Source: Amoebophrya sp. A120 (lineage: Eukaryota; Protista; Dinoflagellata). From it: a stretch of 64,000 bases of DNA. The notes under the pieces are model-generated. The model saw nothing but the letters and a program-made list of their open reading frames with translations, was not told the DNA's origin and searched no databases. Shown piece by piece: positions 48,601-60,605 of this stretch (the stretch's first letter is position 1; each line of letters opens with the position of its first letter). A program made the translations under genes and the position numbers. The stretch is taken from contig CAJINV010000004.1 of NCBI GenBank assembly GCA_905178155.1, forward strand, positions 7,694,771 through 7,758,770, in the 5' to 3' direction.

Positions 48601-51600
48601 GCGATAAGAACAAGAGTTCTGGTGACAGCAGGGGACGAAACGAGAATGCAGTCAGCGACCTTAATATTCAACCGGGCAGAGAGCAGCTCTCGGACCACTT
48701 CGACGACATTGTCAGCGTGTTCTGCAAAAGCAAAAGCACACCGAGTTCTTGTGTGGCCGCCGGAACAAGTAGCGCAGGAGCAGTAGTACCGATGAGGAAA
48801 TTGACCGGTGGTCTGCCAGCAGCGTCCAGCTTCTCTCTCCTCGGCTCTTCCACGGAGAGTGGCAGTGCGGGAGGAGGAGGAGGAACAGCAAAGCGTTCTT
48901 CTTCGCCACACCCCAACCCGCTCCTGTCTCTCTCTCCCCCGATCTCCGCGACGACAAACGCGCAACAGGCTTTGAAATCGCCGCAAACGCGCCACTCGCT
49001 CCACTTCAGCCTCGATATCGCGTCCAAACATACGCACAACAGGGTCAACTATCAAATGCAAAAATGTCTGGGGCTGGAACAAGATTGCAACTTGTCATGG
49101 TAAATCCGAATCATGCAAAAATCTGTGTTGCATGAGTGCCAAATAAAGCTGCCCACTTTCCTCGACCAAGTTGGGAGGGAGTTTCTCATGCAGGAGAGGC
49201 ATGACAGAGACCTCACAGACTCTTTCATGCTAGGTCCCGCATTCCAGACCTCATGGGTCATGGAAAACCTGCATTACAAGTTCCAACCTTCCAGACCCAG
49301 ACATATTTGCAATGCATATCAACCAAAGTTTGATCGGGACGCTACTCGGGTTCGATATGGATGTGTCAGGTTTGAAATCGTCAAAGTTGAAATAGTTTGT
49401 CATGCATAAAACGGATACCGGTTAGACCTACAGTTTGTAGTCGGTGCATGACAAATTTTCCCGGTCCTGGAAGCGAGTCTGTCATGCGGTTTAGGGCAAA
49501 AGAGCTGCCTTCTGTCATGCTACTTAGCAGTCCAACTTTTGACCCTTACCAGGACTATAATCTGCCTCCCGTGGGTCCTCTGCAATAGAGTCACTTTTTG
49601 TATCGCATTTTATGCATTACAAAGTATTTCAACTTTGACGATTTCAAACCTGACGCCTCCATAATCGAGAACCAGATGCGCGCGGGGGCGGCGGACATGA
49701 AGAAAGTGGAATACGTGCAGAGCGGCGGTGGTGGTGGGGGAAATGGAAATGATAGCAGAGTGATGAACAACAGTACAACTTTAATCACCGACACCAGTCT
49801 TCTTCCAGTAGGACCACTAGTGCAAAATAACAAATCCAACTTTCTCCTGGAAGAAGAAGACGACCCGAGTGTCGAGCACGAGCGCGCGCCCTGCCGGTTC
49901 TGCGGTCGCAAATTCCGGGTGGATCGGTTGGAGGTGCACGAGAGCATGTGTCTGACGAAAAACGCAATGGCACGGCCCACGTGGGACAGCCGCCGGCAGC
50001 GGTTGAAGGAGATCCCGGCCCTGTTCTTGCACAGTATCGACCACGACCGGAGTGCCATGTACGAGCATCTCGGAGGTGGACACAGTTCCTACCTCGGAAC
50101 CGGAGATCATAGTTCTACCTCTCATGGGGGATCATCATCATCATCCTCCTCATCTTCTTCAGCCGCGTATCATGGTAATAGAGGAGCTGCCGCAAGTCGA
50201 ACCGCTGGTGCGCATGGTGGTGGCAATGAACGAGGAACGACTGGGCCTTCCTCGTCGTCGTCGTCGTCGTCCACGGCTGGCGCTAAGGGAACTGGACGTG
50301 GGGGAGGAGGCGCTGGAGGTGCATCTAGTACAACAACAGTGAAACTTATCGTAGGAAAAAACTGTTTCACTGTGATGATTTTGCAAGATCTGCATCACAA
50401 GTTTGTTACACATCACAAAGAAAACTTGGCATGCGTGCTTCCTAAGGGAAAACACAGCTAAGAATCCAATGTCTTGCATGTGTAGCAAGACAAACACATT
50501 TGCGTTCCGTTCTATGCATCACAAGTTCACAGTGAAACAGTTTTTTCTTGCGATAAAACTCGCGGCCTCTCTCCGGTCGAAGTTGACCCGGTCGGGCAAG
50601 AGCGCTGCGAGAGCCTATGGATTGCAAATATGTCTGGGTCTGGAAGATTAAATTAAAACTTGTCATGCTAGATCTGAATGATGCAAAAATCTGTGTTGCG
50701 TGAGTACCAAAAGCTGTCCGCTTTGGACCAAGTTGAGAGGGAGTTTCTCATGCAGGAAAGGCATGCGAGAGACCTCAGAGAATCTGTCATGCTGGGTCTC
50801 GCATTCCAGACCTCATGGGTCATGGAAAACCTGCATGACAAGCCTTGCATCCTTCCAGACCCAGACACTTTTGCATTTGATAAGGCCGGCGGCAGAACAT
50901 CAACGGCGGTGGGGTCATCTTCTAGTTCGAAGCCGGCAGCTGCCGTGCTCCGAGTGAATGCCGGGGCCGTTGCGGCCTATCCACCTGTGGGAGCTACCAG
51001 CACCACACCAGGGAGGACGACGCAGGCCGGAGGGCAGCAGGGGGTTCCTGCGACGACCAGCAGTGCTTCAAGCAGCTCAACGTCATCTTCAAAGCAAGGA
51101 AACAATTCCTTCAACCCAGCCGCCCGATCCGGTGTCCCTCCTGCGACGGATGTGTCCTCTGGTGCCACGGAACAAACTACAAGCAGAAATAATAAAAACC
51201 CAGTGACCACGACTCTTTCCCCACCGTTGCAGGTGAACAAAAATCTGGACCACACTACAAACGCTTCGGGTCCAACGCTGAAGCAAGGTGCCCTCGGAAA
51301 TGCGAAAGGCAAGAGCCACATGCCACCCGAGCAACCATCGAAGGACGAAGATCTGGTGCGCAAAGAGTGTCCGCACTGCCACCGGTTCTTCCGGCCAGAA
51401 GCACTCGAAGTGCATCGGCGCGTGTGCATTTCGGTCTTCGGAACGAAGCAGAAGATGAAACCGAGTTCTTGTGGGGCGCAAGCTAGTACAGGGGGGAGAA
51501 AGGAAAGCAGAAAGCAACGTAGTACACATTTGTGATGATAAGTGTTTCGATTGAGCATCAAATTTCGTTTTAGTCCGATGTAAACCGAGTCCAAGTTTGT

Positions 51601-53608
51601 TGCTATGATCGTGCAGGAGCGCTATAGCAAAAGATTCAGCCTACAAAACATACAGGCCCCGTTCGTGCGCGGTCGCAGACGAAGGTCACCTACCCGCGTA
51701 GCCCGAAGACGGAAGTGGTGCGTCAGCAACGCCAAACTGCGAAGTTCACCAATAGAAAACCTGCAACTCCGAACAAAAACGGTACCACGACCTCCCTGGC
51801 ACCGTCCGTGGATGCTTCCCAAGACTTTGATACGGACACGGATACGGTCACGAAGCTCCACGACCAGACCGCGGAGCTGAACAAAAAAGTGGAGGCGCTG
51901 CTGAACACTTTCAGTACTAGATAACACGCTTGTCGTCTTTTGGCTCGTGTTTTTCATGCGTGAAGTGTATCGCGGGCAAGTAAGTTTTGTCATGCATGCA
52001 GCATTCATACGCTGAAAATGTAGTTTGTAACAACGACCAAATCAAAAAACAGACCAAGACCCAGCCTCCTCCACGAATTCTCGCTTGTCGAATCATCGCA
52101 CCCTCCGCGACGAATCTCTTACGCTCCTGTCGCCGAACCTGCGGCAGTCGACCAATTCGGACACGATGCTGTTAAAATCCTCCAGCGACTCGGACCGGTC
52201 CTGGGCTAACCGCTATAATACCACGGCGCACCGCAATACGCTCACGATGTCCATACACTTCGAGCACAAAGCAGTGAGGGAAGCGGCCAGTTCGTTCCTA
52301 GCCGCCTCGCCGGAGAAGCAGCGGAACAACGTCGATCAATCAGTAGGAGCAGCGGGTCCTGTCGATCAGTCATTAGCCTCCTCGTCCGGAAGTGGAGGTT
52401 CTCAACACTTTTCGCCGGACAAAATGTTGGAACTGAGTTCGTCCTCGCGGGGGTTGGGCTTCACTTCCCCGGACTCGCACCTCCTGAAGATGCGGTCGAC
52501 GCCGGAGCGGGAGGTCGATTTTGCGACCGATATGGCCAGGAACAACTACGCAGGCTTTTCTGCAAGCACTTCTGCAGAAGTGCCGATGGAGTTGGACCCA
52601 ACATCTCCTAGCAACGCAGAATTTTCCACCGGCAACCACACCGATGGCGGTTTCGGCCACCATGGCTACCGCGGAGGTGCTGAGAGCGCTGGCGCAGCTA
52701 GTACTACTTCGTACTTGCACAGCAGGAGCAATGTTGCTGTTGAGCATATTGAACCTTCGTCCTCCTCCGACGTCTACGGTGGCACGGCGTGGAAGATGAA
52801 TCAGGACCGCACTAGCAGTGCCTCAGCCGCAAGAACCACAGAGCGCTCGGTTGCACCGGAAACTGGTGCAGTGACTCACGATCATCGCTATGGAGCTATG
52901 ACAGAGCCGTCCCGAAACCTGCTCGACGCCCCGGTCGTGAGTGATGTGTACGGCGGTCAACATGGAGTACTGCCGAACGCGCGGCGAACTCCTCCAGATC
53001 ATGCCACTGTTCCCCCGGCGTACTACCAGCACGACTTTCTGAACACGGGGCGGTTCGGTGCCGGGGACGAGCCAGCTCGGGTGCAGTCCCGCAGTCCAGG
53101 CGACGTCGCAACGCGGAATGAGGACGAAGACTGCACCATCGGTGAACAATTATCCGCAGGCAGTGCATTCTCGGGCCGGAAGCAAAGGGAGGAAGAAGCG
53201 GGACGAATCAACTGTATAGTATCATCTTCCGCAAGAACGGCCGGGGGGATTCCCGCTGCTGCTGCTCCCATGATGCTACAAGAACTTCCCGCCTCCTCCT
53301 ACAACCCGTCGAAATACGCAACTCCGACGAGAACACCCACGAAAACAAATTTCTCAAGAAATAATGCAGGGCCAGGAACTCCTGCCGGTGTTGATGAATG
53401 CCAGATGTCACCGTCCGTGACCGACAGTGGCAGCAACCCGCGGACGCCGACGAAGCGGCACGAATTCATCCTCGATAGTTTGGAAACGCAGAGCAACAGT
53501 CTGTGCAAACAAATCCGGGACTGCACGCAGAAGCTGTTGCTCCGCAGGCAGCGACACCACGAGACCATGGAGGCACTTGGGAAACGAGAACAGGGTGGCC
53601 GGGAGTGA
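45650..53608 (+). CDS. Large low-complexity protein with two ZC2HC1-type (zf-C2HC) fingers and an N-terminal CxxC..CxxC motif
   Basis: CSRC..CVNC; PCRFCGRKFRVDRLEVHESMC..TWDSRRQR; ECPHCHRFFRPEALEVHRRVC. Seven introners plus intron 46511-46658 give one frame to about 51518. The link to ORFs 51715 and 52085-53608 is less certain. Confidence 0.65.
45750..46071. mobile_element. Introner-like TIR element, family A
   Basis: Family A TIRs; DR CCTTT. Confidence 0.93.
46124..46402. mobile_element. Introner-like TIR element, family F
   Basis: TATCCTGAGTAAAAACGTCCCCACCCCATAGT / ACTATGGGGTGGGGACGTTTTTACACAGGATA; DR CGCAC. Confidence 0.94.
47061..47230. mobile_element. Introner-like TIR element, family E
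   Basis: TATGCAATGCAAAAGTATCTTCGC / GCGAAGATACTTTTGCTATGCATA; DR GAGCT. Confidence 0.93.
49050..49318. mobile_element. Introner-like TIR element, family B
   Basis: Family B TIRs; DR TCAAC. Confidence 0.92.
49356..49663. mobile_element. Introner-like TIR element, family G
   Basis: TATGGATGTGTCAGGTTTGAAATCGTCAAAGTTGAAATA / TATTTCAACTTTGACGATTTCAAACCTGACGCCTCCATA; DR TTCGA/ATCGA. Confidence 0.93.
50347..50555. mobile_element. Introner-like TIR element, family H
   Basis: Family H TIRs; DR AAACT. Confidence 0.93.
50616..50882. mobile_element. Introner-like TIR element, family B
   Basis: Family B TIRs; DR GAGCC/AGGCC. Confidence 0.9.
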
Positions 53609-54460
53609 TGACGGCTGTAGACGACGTGGGATGTGTTTTTTTCGATGAAAATAGAAAGTGTGTCGTGAGCAGCAGCTTTTGGTTAAATTGGAATTGTCAT
53701 GTGTACTTGAAAATTTGTAGTAGCGAACAGTCTTGCAACACTCTTGTGAAAATGTTGTGATCCGAAAATTTGGTCGTTGAAAAAGTTCACTCGTGTGGCT
53801 TTGGCATGAGATAATTCTTGCGACACCATATCAATGTAGTGGAGTTAGTGCTACAGTAGTGGAAGATATTTTAGTGATAGTCGAGACAAAACTGTTTTTT
53901 TTGTACTGCTGGAGCGAGTACTTGAATTGAATTCTCGCGAACTGTTTTTGGCCGCTGGCCGCTGATTTTGAAATCTTTTGAACAGGGAGCACGGATAGCT
54001 CGGGTTTTGCTTTTTCGGCTCGTTGACTTGAAGTTGTACTGGAAATGAACAATGTCTACTGTGGTATGATGCTTGTTGATTCCAAACAAGCTGCATTTTT
54101 TACTTCTGCTTCGATAGCTGTGGGGAAGCTGCGCTTGTCTAAGCTTGAAATTAACGAATTCAGTATAGCGTTTATTCAGATGCAAAAAGCTGCCGCGCGT
54201 AGCTAGCAGCACGCGCTTTTGGAATACAAGTGCAGCAGGGGAGCCACTGCTCTCCTCGCCGTTGTGTTCGACAGGGAAACTCTGTCGATTTTTACCCCGC
54301 GTTGCAAATTTTTCACCAGCAACATTCCATTTTTTCGGACATCCTCTACCGCACTCGTGCGATCGAGATAATGCTGTGCTGCTACTACTATTGGATCCTG
54401 CAGCCACTAGCACCACAAGAAAGATCATGAGAAAATTCAACACCACCACGACGACAAAAA

Positions 54461-55237
54461 ATGCGGTTGGTCGGCCTGATGGCATGCACCGCGAAGCAGC
54501 ACGTGATCGGCAAAGACGGCCGTCTGCCCTGGCGGATTCCGGCGGAATTTGCGCATTTTCAAAACACGGTGGTCAATTCTGCAGTGGGACAGAAAGAACA
54601 GCCGTCTTCACTTTCCACACCTAGTAGTGCAAGGCAGATACTTGTTCCCCCCTGCGTGGTGATGGGCCGCAAAACCTGGGAGGAATTTCGAACGCTGGAA
54701 TTTCGGAAAAAAGTCCGCACCATTGTCGTCGTCTCTGCGACGCTCGATGTTGATTTTCCCGCGGCTGGAGGTGCTGGAGATGAAACAGACGGGAAGGTCG
54801 TGGTGTTGCGAAATCTGGACCAGCTGGTGGAGTGGAAGAAAGAGCATAGTGTGTTGCAGCATGACAAAAACTTCGTCGGTCCTGAAATAAGTCCTCCTCG
54901 TCCCACTACAGCGTTCATGATCGGCGGTGCTTTCCTTGCCCACGCCTGCGCGGATTTAGGTTTGTTGGACGGGTTTCTGCTGACCAAAATCCGGATGGAA
55001 TACGAGGGGGACGTGAGATTGGACGTGGAAAGGGTGACGAGGAAGTTTCTGAGGCGGAAAAGAAGTAGCGGACCGGAGATGGAAGGCGTAGGAGATCTTC
55101 AGGTAGATGACCCGGAGTGTACAGCAGCCGCTGCGTGGTTGGGTGAAACAAATCATGCCTCCTGTGGAACTTCTCCTCTTACTGTACCACAAATCGTGCT
55201 TGACCATCCTGAATTCTTCGTCGAAAAGTATGAATGA
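54461..55237 (+). CDS. Monofunctional dihydrofolate reductase, intronless
   Basis: VIGKDGRLPWRIPAEFAHF, VVMGRKTWE, FMIGGA, LTKI..YEGDV are DHFR motifs. The ORF stops with no thymidylate synthase domain. Confidence 0.88.
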   Translation: MRLVGLMACTAKQHVIGKDGRLPWRIPAEFAHFQNTVVNSAVGQKEQPSSLSTPSSARQILVPPCVVMGRKTWEEFRTLEFRKKVRTIVVVSATLDVDFPAAGGAGDETDGKVVVLRNLDQLVEWKKEHSVLQHDKNFVGPEISPPRPTTAFMIGGAFLAHACADLGLLDGFLLTKIRMEYEGDVRLDVERVTRKFLRRKRSSGPEMEGVGDLQVDDPECTAAAAWLGETNHASCGTSPLTVPQIVLDHPEFFVEKYE

Positions 55238-55923
55238 GGTTTAATTTTCATCCGTATTTTCGAATCGACGCCGGAGGGCCAGAAGTGCTTTCGATTTATT
55301 TCGCTTCGCATAGTTCTTCGCTTGGAGGATTCGTGACTACAGACGGTTGGAAGTAGAGCCGTTCTCGAGGTAAGTACTAGTTAGTAGTTTGCAACATTCA
55401 TTATCGTACAAAAGCGGAAATGAGCAGGTTGTCGCCGGGTGCTTCTGCTCCTCTTGCGACATGTCATAGTGAACAGGAGCAGACCCACGCACGAAAAAAC
55501 TGGCCGATCATTCATTTCGCATCTGCATGCGACCACAGTCCACAGGCAAGTACATGTTCTCAAATGATTCGCCCTAGAAGGAGATCATGACTGCACATCC
55601 GCCATGTACCGGAACTACTTACGACGTCTTCATGGCCAAAACACTTTAATTTGATAATGGAAAGAACAGACACAGCAACGAAAGAGACTACAAAAATCAT
55701 CAAAAAGAACACACTTCTGCTGACATAGTAGGTAGTAGAGAGTAAAGTTTTGTGTTTGATGCCGTTGTAGGCTACTTCGCTGGAAAGGTGAAATAATTAC
55801 TTAGACCTATTTCTTACGCCATCCTAACGTCATTTTATTCTGAAAAGCGAGACACAAGCCGCAACTGTGGTCCTTTGTGTAGTTTCCTAAACCGCTGCAG
55901 CGGCCCACCAAAGAAATCGGAAG

Positions 55924-56939
55924 ATGGCGGAGGCAAACACCCCGGAGCAGTGGTACAAGAACCTCCCGGTTCTGACGAGGTATGGATTGACCATCATCTT
56001 CGCGACCACCGTTCTGGTGCAAACGGAAATACTCAACCCGCAGCTGATCATCCTGCACTGGCCCCTGATCTGGGGCAAGCTGCAGCTCTGGCGCATGCTC
56101 ACCTGCGTCTTCTTTTTCGGAGGGTAATATGATGATGAGTTTTTTTAGATAAGTATAGTTTCTTTGCATGGCATGCTTGATTCCCCGAATTTATGAGGAA
56201 GTAGTAAGTCAACAAAAGAAAGAATGCAACGTTTGATAAAAACATTTTACAGGTTCAGCTTCAATCTAGTTTTCCAGCTCTACTTTTTCACGTCCTTTTC
56301 CGGAAAACTCGAGCGCAACGAGGTTTTTTCCTCCGCACCCGGGGAGTACTTGCTCTTCCTGCTGTTTCAGATCCTCACCCTCGCGCTCCTCTCCCTCCTG
56401 CTCGCCTGGCCGACCGGCTTGCCGACGCTGGGGCCCAGCTTGGTGTTCGGGATCATCTACTACTGGAGCAGAAGAGAACCCTACGCGCAGCTGTCCTTCT
56501 TTTCCTTCACAATCCAAGGGTACCAGTTTCCCTTCGCGCTGCTGTTCTTCCAGATGCTCATGGGGGGCAGCATATGGGGCGACCTGCTCGGTCTCGGGAG
56601 TGGACACCTGTACTACTTCCTGAAGGAAGTCGTGCCGCAGGAATACGGGTAGGGAAAGTTTTGGAAGTAGAAGAGTAGCATGTGTCTGTCGTTTTTTTGC
56701 ATATACATTTTTTTTTTATGGGAAAACGAAAATGTAGTGTGACGCACTAGGCTATTAAAAATTGCTCCTATGGCATCTTCAAAAAGAAACCGTTGATCCA
56801 CCCCAGGTATTCAATAGTCCAAGCGCCGGGCTTCATGCAGAAGCTGGCAATCAACCATCTGGGCGCCATCCCTCCAAGAGGCTACCAAGCACCTTCCGCG
56901 CCACGCTTCGGTGGTGCGGGTCAGCGACTCGGCGGGTGA
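55924..56939 (+). CDS. Derlin (Der1-like ERAD rhomboid pseudoprotease)
   Basis: WYKNLPVLTR, QLWRMLT, YYWSR, GHLYYFL and a C-terminal SHP box FGGAGQRLGG. GT-AG introns at 56124-56252 and 56649-56806. Confidence 0.93.
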
Positions 56940-57723
56940 ACCGGAAAGACTGACACGACGAGGAACAGTGGCGTTCGGCGGTCGGTGCAGACTGGTTTGC
57001 GTGACTCCGTGCGAACGTGGTGCAGTTTGCACGAACATTTCCCCTGTCGTTTCGCAGATGATCCGCTGAGGAAAAGGCTGAGGCTGCTTGACCCGTCGTT
57101 GTAACGCGACAGAAGTATGTTCATGAGATGATGATGTGTGCCCCACCCCATCTGAGTTGTTCCCCCACCCCGAAAAGCAATAAACAGAGTTTTTGAAATG
57201 TGTCACTAACTCTCGGGGTCCCTCCCCAATTGTAATCTATCAGAATGAACAAGCGGCAAAATAAATGAAAACAACGAGAATACGGAATTCTCGTCGTATC
57301 AGGCCATGGCTTGTCGGTTGAATTGAAGCTAGAGCACGCGGTGAATTTGTTTCCGACTGTTCTCGACGTGGAATTGTATCTGCACACGTGCTCGACAAGC
57401 CTTTTTTTTGTCGCTGGACTTTCAATAGATCAGACTGTGAAGTAAACCTGAAGTAGATCCAGAAGCTCTTGCGAAGTTCGATCATCAAGTAGTACACTTT
57501 TGGGTTGAATTGCTATTTGCGATTTCCAATCTTTCCGAACGTGTGTGAAAAAGATCCGTTTGGTTTTTGCTCAAGTAGCGATTGATTACTTGTTCTGATT
57601 GCTTCGGCCTGTCCGCCATAACTCTCCATGGTCTTCGTCTAGGTCTGCTCGGCGCTTTGAATGAGTACAACGTCGTCCTAAAGTTTTTCCGCTGAACATA
57701 AAGATCTAGCAATTTGTATCAAA

Positions 57724-57849
57724 ATGGAGTACGAAGTGTACCTTGCGTGCAACGTGCTGGGCCTCGTCGCCATCGTGCTCACGTTCTTTTACCACTACGT
57801 GGCGGCCAAACCGCCCAGCGAACTCGCAGACGCGAAGCGGCGCCGGTGA
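57724..57849 (+). CDS. OST4: Oligosaccharyltransferase subunit OST4 (41 aa; below the ORF-track cutoff)
   Basis: MEYEVYLACNVLGLVAIVLTFFYHYVAAKPPSELADAKRRR*, matching the OST4 pattern N.LG....L...YHYV. Confidence 0.85.
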   Translation: MEYEVYLACNVLGLVAIVLTFFYHYVAAKPPSELADAKRRR

Positions 57850-58447
57850 GGGACGGGAGTCGTGCGGCTGGGTTTTCGGCGCCGAGGTTTGTTCACCAAA
57901 CAAAGAAATGGGATCGAAGCACGTCGGTACATGGAGTGTTGATTTTCAGTTTTCGTGTATTGAGCATGATCATGGGCTACTTCATCTCTTTCGAAAATAC
58001 GAGCAAAGTCGGAACTTGAGCGTCCATACAAAAAAATGCACCAGTCGCAATGCGCTATAGGTTTTCCTCCGACCGGCCGGCGATGCTTCTGCGGCTCTGT
58101 TTCTGCAGCGATGCGACTGCTACGAAAACGCGCGGATTCTCTTCTGCGGATCAGTGGGCGAGTTGGTCTACGAACTTGCATAAATGCTGAAGTCTCGCCC
58201 TTGAGAATACGGAGTAAATGAAGACGAGAGGTGAACCCGTTGTCGATGCTCGTCTTAACGAGACCCAGCATCAGTCGTGATTCAGCGACGCCCGATCGGA
58301 ACAAAAAATGAAACAGTGACATCTAGTAATACACGCTCATCAAGTAGCGAAATTTCCAGCAGCAGCGCGTCCGCTTTTGCTTAGGGCGTCAGAGCGCCAA
58401 GCTCAACGGCTGAAAAATCTTCCTGTTCCAAAAAGAACCTGTGACAA

Positions 58448-58545
58448 TATCAAATGTAAAAATGTGTGGGTCTGGAAGAATGCAACTTGTGATGCTGCAT
58501 TTGGATTCCAAAAAAATCTGTATTGCATGAGTACACAAGGAAAAA
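58448..58545. mobile_element. Truncated family B element (one arm only), intergenic
   Basis: TATCAAATGTAAAAATGTGTGGGTCTGGAAG.. matches the reverse complement of about 13105-13204. No partner TIR was found. Confidence 0.75.
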
Positions 58546-58926
58546 AAGCCACGATCAGTGCACGGAATTTGAAAAATTGCGTCACTTTCAAACAGCATAG
58601 TGACAAGATCGCAAAAGACGCACGCTATGATCGCAATAAGGATCAACAACAAGATCGAAAATGTGAAGCTCTGGTATGTGAACAAAACCGCTTGATGGAT
58701 TTTTTGCCACACCAAATTTGACAGAGACGAAATTTCGAACACTAAAAGTTTTGATCTATCTCGATACTTAGACAAGGCGGCAAAGTCATAGCGTAATTAG
58801 CTACAAGTATAAGTGACGGTAGAAAAAGGAATAGGTAGCAAAAATCGCTAACACACCACGACAAGGCCATCATCATACAACGCATCACGATATCAAGAAA
58901 GCCCACGGCTCACCCACAAACCGACC

Positions 58927-59592
58927 ATGGCCCTGGTTCCGCCGCAGACGCAGCGGCCGAACGTGACGCTGTACACGTCGATGGGCGAAATTTCGATTGA
59001 GCTCTACTGGGACCACGCCCCAAAAACGTGCAGGAATTTTTACGAGCTCGCCAAGAAGGGCTACTACTCCGGGACGGTGTTTCACCGCATCATTCGAGAC
59101 TTCATGGTCCAGGGCGGCGACCCGACGGGGACCGGGCGCGGCGGGGAAAGCATTTACGGAGGAAAATTCGCGGACGAAATAAATCAGCAGCTGAAGCACA
59201 CTGGTAGGTTGTTTATGGAGAGTTTTGTTCGCGTTGGAGTTGTAGGAATTCTTGAAACAAGTCGTGTTTGATGTCATGCTAGCCGGGTTGTAAAAATAAA
59301 TCGCAAATTCTCATCTTGTTTAGCAGAAGGTCCTCTCATACGTTTTTCCAATCCGACAATCATTCAATTACCAGGCGCGGGCATCCTTTCCATGGCCAAC
59401 GCGGGTCCGGACACGAACGGCAGTCAGTTCTTCATCACCCTTGCCCCCACCCAACACCTCGACGGCAAGCACGCCATTTTCGGGAGGATAGAAAAAGGCA
59501 TGAAAGTAGTGCAGCGCATGGGCATGGTTCCAACCGACGGACGGGATCGACCGATCGACGAAGTGAGAATACTGCGGTGTCACTGCACATAA
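58927..59592 (+). CDS. PPIL1: PPIL1-like cyclophilin peptidyl-prolyl isomerase
   Basis: [46 protein letters not shown]|[36 protein letters not shown] intron at 59204-59374. Confidence 0.92.
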
Positions 59593-60605
59593 GCTCGTTT
59601 GAGTGCGGTGTTACTACTCGCGAAGACGCGACGTTGTCGTCGCACACGACCTTGCCAAGCAACGTCTAAAGATGCGGTGAACAAGTACTTAGTACTTGTG
59701 CTTCGTAGCCACGCAGATAGGACTGGAAGTCCGGTTGGACATTTGAAATGACGCAAACGACATTTAGCGATATAATTCGTGACAAGCGCTTAGCTTTCAA
59801 CGGCGGTGAAGGAGTTTCCTCCTTGTGCAAGCGATGGTGTAGCTAACGACGCTGTTCGCGGTTGCCGTCCGGACGAAACAATCAGGCTCTTCTATTGAAA
59901 AGGAAGATCATCTCCCTTGGGATCAAATTGTCAGGTCGTTCCAAATGATCAGCAAAGAAAAAAGGGTCAAGCGGACTTGGATTTCGGCATGAAGAATGTG
60001 TCGTTCAAGAGTGTGTGTAGAAAAGAAAGGCGAAGATCTTGGTTTGAGATGTTTATAGTGATCGTCGGATGTACTTGACACTTCTGAGGCGAAATTAGTA
60101 CCAGATCAAGTAGAACGACGAAAGACGAAATTAATAAAATCTTTTATAGTAGATCATTGCATCAACAAAAGATCAGTTCCTTAGCCGGACTAAAGCACTG
60201 CGAATCCGACGTGAAGATCCAGGGATCCAGCGAGCGAGATAGCAAAATGCGCGATCTAGATCTTGAATGACCGATCAACCGGAGGATGAAATGGATCGAT
60301 CCATAGTAGAAGTGACGTCGCTGGTAAAAACGGCACTGCCATGATACTTAATTCCAATTCCTATCTTCCCCACCGAATTTCATTCTCACAGCGATCTTAG
60401 TGTGGTGGCCTAAGTGCATTTGCGGCTTCTTCATTATGTTGGCGGCCAAACTGCACGGTGGGTCCTCCAAAGATCAGTATGACTATATGCAAAAATTTAG
60501 GAAAAAAGTAATCATTTGTTATACTACACCAAGGATCAAATTTTTCTAGAAGCTTTTTAGACATAAGATAATTGCCTACACCTTCATCCCCAAGAAAAAC
60601 ATCCC

